A stretch of DNA of 64,000 nucleotides from contig CAVXLD010000010.1 of NCBI GenBank assembly GCA_963762565.1, forward strand, positions 352,001-416,000. Reading direction: 5' to 3'. Source of the stretch: an uncultured Verrucomicrobiae bacterium (GTDB lineage: Bacteria; Verrucomicrobiota; Verrucomicrobiia; Chthoniobacterales; JAFAMB01). The position numbers were made by a program, and so were the translations under genes. The stretch's first letter is position 1. Each line of letters starts with the position of its first letter. Below are positions 56,800 to 64,000 of the stretch, one piece after another. The notes below the pieces were generated by a model. The model saw only the letters and a program-made list of their open reading frames with translations. It ran no database searches and was not told the DNA's origin.

Positions 56800-57150
56800 A
56801 AGGAGTTCAAGGAGTTCAAGCTTTGGTAGGGCGCGTGGAGCGTTGCCTCGCTTGCGAGGCCGAAGGGGTCGCCACCCGTGGAGCGTTGCCTCGCTTGCGA
56901 GGCCGAAAGGGGTCGCCACCCGTGGAGCGTTGCCTCGCTTGCGAGGCCGAAAGGGGTCGCCACCCGTGGAGCGTTGCCTCGCTGGCGAGGCCGTGGTGAC
57001 CATGGCAAGAGGGCGGCGCCAGCTTGCCGGCTTGCTGCGCTCTTTCGTCAAATATCTAGGAGACAATAGCAGAGCGCAGACAGAAACCGGCATGCGTCGC
57101 GTATTCTCGTTGTTCGCAACGGCCTCGCAAGCGAGGCAGCGCTCCACGGG
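56800..57150. repeat. REP-like cluster: 9-mer arm, family B stub, four tandem GTGG-palindrome units and one inverted unit
   Basis: CGTGGAGCGTTGCCTCGCTTGCGAGGCCG at 56834, 56877, 56921, 56965; inverted copy 57120-57150. Confidence 0.9.
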
Positions 57151-57225
57151 TGTCGCTTCTTTGTTTCCTCTCAAATTTGACTTGTAGCTCCATCACGCTA
57201 AAAGGGGACGGCACCCCGTCACACC

Positions 57226-58383
57226 ATGAGATTGATTGTCTCCATTTTTCTCCTTGGCTTCTCGGTGGGCTCAGCGTTTGCGCAGAGCTCCAATTCGCCG
57301 GTCATCACGATTCGTAAGGGAACCGCTGTCGTGGTTGAAGTGAAAGAGGTCGGCGGTTCTGCCGGCGCCAACGCCGCGGCTGTTTTGAAAAATGATATCG
57401 AACTTTCAGGCTTTCTTTCTCTCGGAGATAGCGCCAACGCGACTATCGCGATTAGCGGAACCGCGCCAGGAAGCGGCTTCTCCGGGCAAGCCGCCGAGAA
57501 AAGCGGAAGTGTCGTGTTGCAGAAGAACTACTCAGGCGATACCCGGCATGCCGTCCATCAATTCATCGATGATTTGATAGAGACGCTTGCCGGCCAGAAA
57601 GGGATAGCCACTTCGCGAATCGCGTTCGTCGCCAACCGGACAGGTCACAAAGAGATTTACGTTGCTGATTATGACGGCGGGAATGCGGTCCAACTGACTC
57701 ATGACAACGTGATCAGTGTCGGTCCCAATTTATCCCCGGATGGACGCAAACTGGCTTACACCGGCTATCAAAGCGGCTACGCTGATATTTACCTGATCGA
57801 TCTCGCCAGCGGTGCTCGGAACCGGATCATTAAATATCCAGGTACCAATACGAGCGCGGCCATCTCCCCGGATGAATCGCGGATCGCTTGCACGATGAGT
57901 AAAGACGGGAACCCGGATATCTACGTGACGAGTATCAACGGAGATTCACCCCGGAGACTTACTCGCACTCATGCAACCAACTCCTCCCCTACCTGGTCCC
58001 CAAACGGAAGCGAGCTCATTTACTCTTCCGACGAGCGTGGCGGTCCGCAGCTCTATCGGATCTCGGCCGGCGGAGGGTCCGGCCATTTACTGTCGACTGG
58101 TTTTGGTTATTGCACGGAGCCCAATTGGTCACCCGATGGAAAGAAGGTTTGCTACAATGTCCGTAGCGGCGGTTCCTTTGAGGTAGCAATGACCGACCTC
58201 GAATCCGGCGCCACCAAGATAGTGACCGGGGAAGGCGAACGTCCAGCTTGGGGCCCAGACTCTCGCCATATAGTATTTGCCAGAGGATCCGGGCTTTTTA
58301 TCATTGACACGGTCAGCGGCAAGGAGGCTCGAATTATCGGCGACCTGGGACAAATCTCGGAACCGACTTGGTCCCATAACTGA
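57226..58383 (+). CDS. tolB: TolB-like beta-propeller protein
   Basis: Signal peptide, RIAFV, DYDG, PD40 repeats P.WSPDG; adjacent to pal. Confidence 0.88.
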   Translation: MRLIVSIFLLGFSVGSAFAQSSNSPVITIRKGTAVVVEVKEVGGSAGANAAAVLKNDIELSGFLSLGDSANATIAISGTAPGSGFSGQAAEKSGSVVLQKNYSGDTRHAVHQFIDDLIETLAGQKGIATSRIAFVANRTGHKEIYVADYDGGNAVQLTHDNVISVGPNLSPDGRKLAYTGYQSGYADIYLIDLASGARNRIIKYPGTNTSAAISPDESRIACTMSKDGNPDIYVTSINGDSPRRLTRTHATNSSPTWSPNGSELIYSSDERGGPQLYRISAGGGSGHLLSTGFGYCTEPNWSPDGKKVCYNVRSGGSFEVAMTDLESGATKIVTGEGERPAWGPDSRHIVFARGSGLFIIDTVSGKEARIIGDLGQISEPTWSHN

Positions 58384-58393
58384 ACACTCGACC

Positions 58394-58888
58394 ATGAACA
58401 AAAAAACGGTCCTATTCTATATCCTCGCCGCCGCTCTCACCGCTTGTCATCCGCAGCAAAAGCAGGAATACGCTGGAGTTGAAGGTGACACCGTGAACGG
58501 CGTTCCCCTACCAGAACGACAAGAAGGAACATCGTTCTTCGGCAGTAACGTATCGAGAAACCAATTTCAGCCGGTCTATTTCGCTTACGATAGTTCGGAA
58601 ATTCAGTCTTCAGAAGCTGGCAAGCTGCGACAGATCGCAGATTTCATGAAGCGAGCGCCGAACAATATTATCCTGGCTGGCTTCACGGATGAGCGCGGCA
58701 CGGAGGACTACAATCGGGCACTGGGCGAACGACGTGCTCAAGCAACGAGAAACTACCTAATCGGGCTTGGTGTATCCGGCTCTAGAATTCAGACCGTGAG
58801 TTTCGGTCTCGAAATGCCAGCAGACCCGGGCCACAACGAAGCCGCCTGGGCAAAGAATCGGCGTACCGAGATAGGAGTGATAAAGTAG
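58394..58888 (+). CDS. pal: Peptidoglycan-associated lipoprotein
   Basis: Lipobox LTAC, VYFAYDS, DERGTEDYN.ALGERRA, AWAKNRR. Confidence 0.92.
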   Translation: MNKKTVLFYILAAALTACHPQQKQEYAGVEGDTVNGVPLPERQEGTSFFGSNVSRNQFQPVYFAYDSSEIQSSEAGKLRQIADFMKRAPNNIILAGFTDERGTEDYNRALGERRAQATRNYLIGLGVSGSRIQTVSFGLEMPADPGHNEAAWAKNRRTEIGVIK

Positions 58889-59172
58889 CGTTTGGCGTTT
58901 GGCGTTTGGCGTTTGGCGTTTGGCGTTTGGCGTTCGGCGTTTGGCGTTTGGCGTTTGGCGTTCGGCGTTCGGCGTTCGGCGTTCGGCGTGCGGGCGTATG
59001 GCAGCCGCTGGGACTCATGGCAAATGAAAACCATGGGACATCTGGGGAGCTAAATGTGTCGACTGTCATATAAGTCCCATAGGTCCCATAAGTCCCATTT
59101 GTGCCACCTCTCCAAATGTGCGCCGCCTACAGGCCCATTAGCCCCCACGCCAAACGCCGAACGCCAAACGCC
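58888..59172. repeat. Inverted pair of (GCGTTYG) heptamer arrays enclosing 9-mer CATARGTCC units
   Basis: 14 full units at 58888-58985 starting in the pal stop; inverted arm 59147-59172; 9-mers near 59068-59098. Confidence 0.92.
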
Positions 59173-59319
59173 TTCGCCCATTCGCCCTGTCGCAACAGCC
59201 GCCCGTTGCGCATTAGGCCCATTTACGCATCTTAACGGTTTACCGTGGGCTTTTTAAAGGTTACTAATTTGGCAGACGGACTTCATAGAGCGTCCGGTCC
59301 GCCGGCCACAGGCCGCAGC

Positions 59320-59907
59320 ATGGAAGACCTGCATCTGCTCGAAGACGAAGAATTGGTAACCCGCACTCAGGCTGGCGACACCCAGGCGTTCGATGTCCTC
59401 TGGCACAAGTACAGCCCCCGGATTTACTCGCTGGTGTACAACATGACCTCGAACCACGAGGACGCGAACGACCTCCTCCTCGAGGTTTTCGCCAAGGCTT
59501 TCCGGGCCATCAGCGGCTTTAAAGGCAAATCCAGCTTCTATACCTGGATCCATGCCATCGCCGTGAATATGACGATCAATTTCGTCAAAAAACGGGGGCG
59601 CCGTTTCCAAATGAGCTTGGACGATTTCGACTCGAATATCCATAACGATAAGGAGTTTATCGAGTTGACCGCCTCAAATACCCCAATTCGCGAGGTCGAT
59701 CTCTCAGAACTTCAACAGAGATTGAACGAAGCGATGATGAAGCTGTCTGTTGAGCATAGAGCAGTCGTTACCATGTTCGACATCCAGGGGATGCCGCACG
59801 CGGAAATCGCTAAGGTTCTGGGAGTGCCAGAAGCGACCGTACGCTCAAGACTGTTTTACGCACATCGGCAGTTGCAGAATTATTTGGAAGAGTTTAGAAA
59901 GCAATGA
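59320..59907 (+). CDS. rpoE: ECF sigma factor, RpoE-like
   Basis: DEELV..Q.GD..AF, DA.DL..EVF.KAF, SSFYTWI..IAVN, EIA.VLG.PE.TVRSRLF.A. Confidence 0.88.
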   Translation: MEDLHLLEDEELVTRTQAGDTQAFDVLWHKYSPRIYSLVYNMTSNHEDANDLLLEVFAKAFRAISGFKGKSSFYTWIHAIAVNMTINFVKKRGRRFQMSLDDFDSNIHNDKEFIELTASNTPIREVDLSELQQRLNEAMMKLSVEHRAVVTMFDIQGMPHAEIAKVLGVPEATVRSRLFYAHRQLQNYLEEFRKQ

Positions 59908-60386
59908 TGCTCGACGAACAGCAGGTACAGCAGCTACTTCGACTCAAGCGATTCGAGCAACCCCCCCCAGGGTATTTCGAACAAACACTGGACGAGCTCC
60001 ATTACCGGATGCGCGCGGCGGCTGTAAGCCGCTCAACCCGCAACCAATCAACACGCTTTAGTCGGTTACGGGAATTCTTCTCTAACCCGAACTCATTCCG
60101 AGTTCCTCAAGCCGCCTACGCGAGCGCTTTCGCGATTTTCTTGGTAGTCGCGACCTTGATGGGAACGGGTTTCTGGTCCCCCCGGCCTAAGTTTGATGTT
60201 TATAATGCAAGCACCGCTTCCGTCCAGAGTGACAATGGCGGAATCATGGGAGATCGAATCCAACTCACTGCGCTCAGGTCAAATCAGCAAGAGATTTTCC
60301 CAACAATCAAGCCGTCGGATAATGTGACGCCGAGGTATATCTTGAGCGGTCAACCGGTTAGCTACAATACACCTTCGAGTTTTTAA
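59904..60386 (+). CDS. Putative anti-sigma membrane protein
   Basis: ATGA-coupled to the sigma gene; N-terminal LLRLKRFEQPPPGYF; one TM segment. Confidence 0.6.
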   Translation: MMLDEQQVQQLLRLKRFEQPPPGYFEQTLDELHYRMRAAAVSRSTRNQSTRFSRLREFFSNPNSFRVPQAAYASAFAIFLVVATLMGTGFWSPRPKFDVYNASTASVQSDNGGIMGDRIQLTALRSNQQEIFPTIKPSDNVTPRYILSGQPVSYNTPSSF

Positions 60387-60474
60387 ATTCTGCACCTGGT
60401 GCTCCTGTCCTGATGCTTGTTGGACCAAAGGAACGCTCGTCGTTTCCCCCCTAACCCGATGATGAACGATTCTC

Positions 60475-61560
60475 ATGGCGATGATTGTTGGATCAACCGG
60501 TAATCGTCTCGTGAGCAGAAGAGCGCGATGGGCGCTCTTTTCCTCCATTGTTCTGATCTCTGGTTTTACGGACTGGAATTACGCCCAGGCCGAAGAAATG
60601 TTTTCCGCCGTTGCCAAGGACGTACAAGCCATCTTTGAACATAACAAAGATGCAATCGTTAAGATTGAGTCTGAGGACAGTCACGGCGTGTTGATGGGGA
60701 CCGGCTTTTTCGTTAGCCCGACCGGGTTGATCTATACGTCATACCACGTTGCGGGTGAATCCACGGACATCGTCGCAGAATTCGGCTCCTGTCGATATCC
60801 CGCGCGCAGACTAGTTGCGGACATCAGAAGCGGCATCGCAATTCTGAAGATCAACACGGAAGCTCCTACTCCTTATATTGCCCTTGGAGATTCTGACCAA
60901 GTTGTCACCGCTAGCGGAGTGGTGATCCTAGGATTTCCATTAGATCAATCGGTCACCCCGAACTGCGGCGTTGTTGGAGGTTTAGATCAGGGGTACGAAA
61001 ATCGTCTTTTCGCGACCACGCTGATTCGGGCAAATATCGCCGCTCAGCGCGGTGAAGAAGGCGCTCCTCTTCTGGATCTAGACGGGCAGGTCGTCGGGAT
61101 CGTGGTTGGCAGTGTCGACAGCCGAACCGCCTGCTACGCGTTGCCGATTAAAGCCGCTGAGAAGGTTCGGTCGGACTACATCCGTTTCGGCGAAATACGC
61201 CAAGGCTGGGTCGGAGTTACCGCCGTGGAAGGAGAGCAAGCCGAACACGAGTCCAAGGTTGTTATTAAAGAGGTTGAAGACAACTCGCCAGCCCATATCG
61301 CGGGCATACAACCCGGCGACATTTTGCTATCGATCGGCACGGTAAAAATCCACGCACCTTCGGATATCCGGAATGCGTGTTTCTTCCTCACCGTAAACCA
61401 GACGGTTCCGGTTAGGATTTACCGAGCCGGTCAGGAGGTACAACTGGATGTGATTCCGGCCCAAGCCCAGCAACTGCCGGGGGCGGTAGTGATGCCACCG
61501 TTGGTTGCCCCTGGGTATCTCCTAAACAGCGATAGCGTCCGTTTGCGAATTGAGAATTAG
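60475..61560 (+). CDS. HtrA/DegP-like trypsin-PDZ protein, apparently catalytically inactive
   Basis: GTGFFV...T..HV, LGDSD, LGFP, PLLDLDGQVVGI, GWVGV, SPA..AGIQPGD; GEEG in place of GNSG. Confidence 0.85.
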   Translation: MAMIVGSTGNRLVSRRARWALFSSIVLISGFTDWNYAQAEEMFSAVAKDVQAIFEHNKDAIVKIESEDSHGVLMGTGFFVSPTGLIYTSYHVAGESTDIVAEFGSCRYPARRLVADIRSGIAILKINTEAPTPYIALGDSDQVVTASGVVILGFPLDQSVTPNCGVVGGLDQGYENRLFATTLIRANIAAQRGEEGAPLLDLDGQVVGIVVGSVDSRTACYALPIKAAEKVRSDYIRFGEIRQGWVGVTAVEGEQAEHESKVVIKEVEDNSPAHIAGIQPGDILLSIGTVKIHAPSDIRNACFFLTVNQTVPVRIYRAGQEVQLDVIPAQAQQLPGAVVMPPLVAPGYLLNSDSVRLRIEN

Positions 61561-61581
61561 GTCGGACGAGATCGCCCATAA

Positions 61582-61792
61582 TTGGTAGGGCGAGGCTCCC
61601 GAACAGCCGAAGACGGTCGCAGGGCAATTTGTGCTTCGTCGATATTTCAGACGCAATGTCTAAGAACTGCCGAGCCGCGGGTGGCGCGACCCTCGGCTCG
61701 GCAGCTTTTAGGTGTTGTTGGCCCGTGTATTGCCGAAGCGTTTATTTCCCTCCGCGACAACCAAAGGCTACTCCGGAGCCTCGCCCTACCAA
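61582..61792. repeat. Family B element copy 4
   Basis: TTGGTAGGGCGAGGCTCC / GGAGCCTCGCCCTACCAA outer IR; CTGCCGAGCCG / CGGCTCGGCAG inner IR. Confidence 0.88.
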
Positions 61793-61941
61793 AGTTGGCC
61801 TTCTCCTGCCTCGCCACAAATTCCACTTGTCAACACGGCGATTCTGAGGCAAAAGCTTTCCCCCATATACGGTTCCGTCTCTGGGTAAGGCCTTTTTACT
61901 GGCTTTCTCGACGTTGGCACTTAAGGTTTGCAACCCACGGC

Positions 61942-62226
61942 ATGTCTAAAATTGAGCAGAAAACGGATCTCTCTTTTGAGGCGGCCATGGAAAGACTAGA
62001 ACAAATCGTCAGCCAGATGGAATCGTCCAAGCTGCCCCTGGCAGAACTGCTGCTGCGATATGAGGAGGGCACTAAGCTCATTGCCGTTTGCAACGAGCAT
62101 TTGGGAGCAGCGGAAAACCGCATCGAAACCTTGAGCCGAAGTTTATCCAGCAAAGCTCAGGGCCAGGCCCCGGAAAGGCAGAAGGATCAACCTACCAACT
62201 CAACGAATGAAACCAGCCTCTTTTGA
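61942..62226 (+). CDS. xseB: Exodeoxyribonuclease VII small subunit
   Basis: SFEAAMERLEQIV.QME...LPL......YEEG.KL...C...L..AE. Confidence 0.92.
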   Translation: MSKIEQKTDLSFEAAMERLEQIVSQMESSKLPLAELLLRYEEGTKLIAVCNEHLGAAENRIETLSRSLSSKAQGQAPERQKDQPTNSTNETSLF

Positions 62227-64000
62227 CCCAAATCCACGTAAACTGCTGAGCCAAATCGATTCGCCAGCGGACCTCAAGAGATTACAAGAAGACGAGCTGC
62301 CCTTCCTGGCTCACGAAATTCGGGACGAACTGATTTCTGTTTTATCTCAGACAGGCGGTCACCTGGGCCCAAACCTGGGCGTCGTTGAACTCACGATCGC
62401 ATTGCATCGAGTCTTCAACACTCCCGAAGACAAGATCCTCTTTGACGTCAGCCACCAGGGGTACGTCCATAAGCTGTTGACTGGACGTCGTGATCGCTTT
62501 TCGACGATCCGCCAATACCAAGGCCTGAACGGTTTTCTTCTCCGAACGGAAAGCGAACACGATTGTTACGGGGCAGGCCATGCCGGTACCGCATTATCCG
62601 CCGGCCTCGGTATGGCTGTCGCTCGCGACCGGCGCGGCAGCAAGGAGAACGTGGTGGTTGTGGCCGGTGACGCCGCTTTCACGTGCGGCACTAGTTATGA
62701 AGCGCTTAATAACGTTTCAGATCACACCAAACGGTTCATCGTTATTCTCAACGATAACGAATGGTCGATCGCGAAGAATGTCGGCGCTATCGCCAACTAT
62801 TTTAATCGGATCCAAACCAGCGACGCTTACAGCCATCTCCATTACAAAGCCGCCAAATTTGTGGAAATGATCGGCGGCAAGTTCGCTCAAAAACTCGCGG
62901 CCAAAGTCGAGGAAGGTGTAAAACATCTCTTGTTGCCAAGCGTTATCTTCGAAGAACTCGGTTTGCGCTACTATGGCCCAATCGACGGCCACGATATTCC
63001 GCTGTTGACCCGGACTTTTGAGTTCTTGAAACGGCAACAGGAACCGGTGCTTCTGCATATCATCACCCAAAAAGGTAGAGGTTATGCGCCCGCTCTCGAA
63101 AAGCCGGACAAGTTCCATGGCTTAGGTAAGTTCAAGAAGGACAGCGGAGAGACGGCTAAAGGCAGCACGCCGACTTACTCGGAAATCCTCGGTCAAACGC
63201 TGGCAAAGTTCGCCGACAATAACAAGAAGATCACAGCCATCACTGCGGCGATGCCATCCGGGACCGGTCTGGCCCATTTTGCGGCAAAACATCCAGATCA
63301 GTATTTCGATGTCGGTATCGCGGAAGAACACGCTGCTCTCTTTGCTTGCGGTATGGCAACACAGGGATTCAAACCGTTCCTGACGATTTACTCTACCTTC
63401 ATGCAGCGCGCTTATGACATGGTGATCCACGACATCGCCCTGCAAAATCTCAATGTCGCGATATGTATGGATCGGGCTGGCCTTTCTGGTGACGACGGGC
63501 CGACTCATCACGGCCTATTCGATATCGGTTATCTGCGCCACATACCCAACATGGTTCATATGCAGCCGAAGGATGAGGAAGAATTCGCTGATATGCTCTG
63601 GACGATGGCCAACTATCATCAAGGTCCCATCGCGATTCGTTATCCTCGCGGAGCCGGTACCGGAGCCGTACCGAAAGCCCAACCGAAGCTGCTCGAAATA
63701 GGGAAAGCCGAAGTTGTGCGACACGGTCAAGAAGTAGCGCTGCTAGGCTTAGGCAACATGTTCAGCTTAGCGGAAGAGGTCGCAAAACAACTGGAAGCAG
63801 AAGGTGTTTCTGTTGCTCTAATCAACCCGCGTTGGATCAAACCGTTGGATACCGGCACAATCGAATTTTTCGCGCGACGAGTAGACGTGATGTGCACCTT
63901 CGAGGATCATGTGCTTCACAATGGTTTCGGGAGTGCGGTCATCGAACACTTGTCGGAGAGCCAGATCACGACCCCAGTGGTGCGTATCGGTTGGCCAGAC
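62207..64000 (+). CDS. dxs: 1-deoxy-D-xylulose-5-phosphate synthase (3' end outside window; absent from the ORF track)
   Basis: Hand translation: LLSQIDSPADLK, GGHLGPNLGVVELT, FDVSHQGYVHK, GIAEEH, DRAGLSGDDGPTHHG; frame consistent at the window edge (RIGWPD). Confidence 0.95.
   Translation, partial: MKPASFDPNPRKLLSQIDSPADLKRLQEDELPFLAHEIRDELISVLSQTGGHLGPNLGVVELTIALHRVFNTPEDKILFDVSHQGYVHKLLTGRRDRFSTIRQYQGLNGFLLRTESEHDCYGAGHAGTALSAGLGMAVARDRRGSKENVVVVAGDAAFTCGTSYEALNNVSDHTKRFIVILNDNEWSIAKNVGAIANYFNRIQTSDAYSHLHYKAAKFVEMIGGKFAQKLAAKVEEGVKHLLLPSVIFEELGLRYYGPIDGHDIPLLTRTFEFLKRQQEPVLLHIITQKGRGYAPALEKPDKFHGLGKFKKDSGETAKGSTPTYSEILGQTLAKFADNNKKITAITAAMPSGTGLAHFAAKHPDQYFDVGIAEEHAALFACGMATQGFKPFLTIYSTFMQRAYDMVIHDIALQNLNVAICMDRAGLSGDDGPTHHGLFDIGYLRHIPNMVHMQPKDEEEFADMLWTMANYHQGPIAIRYPRGAGTGAVPKAQPKLLEIGKAEVVRHGQEVALLGLGNMFSLAEEVAKQLEAEGVSVALINPRWIKPLDTGTIEFFARRVDVMCTFEDHVLHNGFGSAVIEHLSESQITTPVVRIGWPD

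Noticed and set aside
56834..56993. Possible CRISPR array (29-bp palindromic repeat x4)
   Set aside because: Intervening sequences are 14-15 bp and essentially identical, an inverted copy lies nearby, and no cas genes are present; it is a tandem REP-like repeat.
58782..59257. Small ORFs with TPNAKRQ or SHRSH repeats
   Set aside because: Translations of heptamer and 9-mer arrays with no independent coding evidence.
4091..61941. Long N-terminal extensions in the ORF track for MFS (4153), treZ (11713), uxaA (25737), comEC (47052), pal (58277) and xseB (61582)
   Set aside because: They read through repeat elements or the upstream gene; family similarity starts at downstream ATGs.
62342..63730. 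Short ORFs listed at the window end
   Set aside because: All overlap dxs, which the track omitted because it has no stop inside the window.
1..64000. tRNA/rRNA genes, riboswitches, prophage, known defence systems
   Set aside because: None recognised by eye; a covariance-model scan would be needed to exclude small ncRNAs.

Overview
Bacterial chromosomal window of mostly core genes. Gene content and protein style suggest Verrucomicrobiota (inference only). In order: partial metG; cNMP histidine kinase, lipoate ligase, MFS; parB operon; eukaryote-type UGPase divergent from glgX-treZ-treY; a membrane protein-wHTH-ispH unit with two matching operators; a sugar-acid catabolic run (lactonase, UxaA-type dehydratase, AraD1/FAH, KGSA dehydrogenase, Eda); ubiD; moaAC-mog; mreBCD-mrdA-rng; two convergent secreted TPR-only proteins (41 and 13 repeats); comEC; trmB; a murU/amgK-like pair coupled to glgE; tolB-pal; ECF sigma, putative anti-sigma and an HtrA-like protein lacking its catalytic Ser/Asp; xseB; partial dxs. 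I recognised no rRNA, tRNA, CRISPR array, prophage or transposase. The unexplained structure is intergenic. Most larger gaps hold inverted-repeat elements of many families, often nested and often abutting a stop codon. Two of them enclose small cargo genes: a GxxExxY nuclease-like gene (with a gene-less copy of the same ends nearby) and a GNAT gene. A ~30-bp element sits at the equivalent site in two REP-like families and also occurs three times in frame inside comEC. Coordinates were counted by eye and may be off by a few bases.
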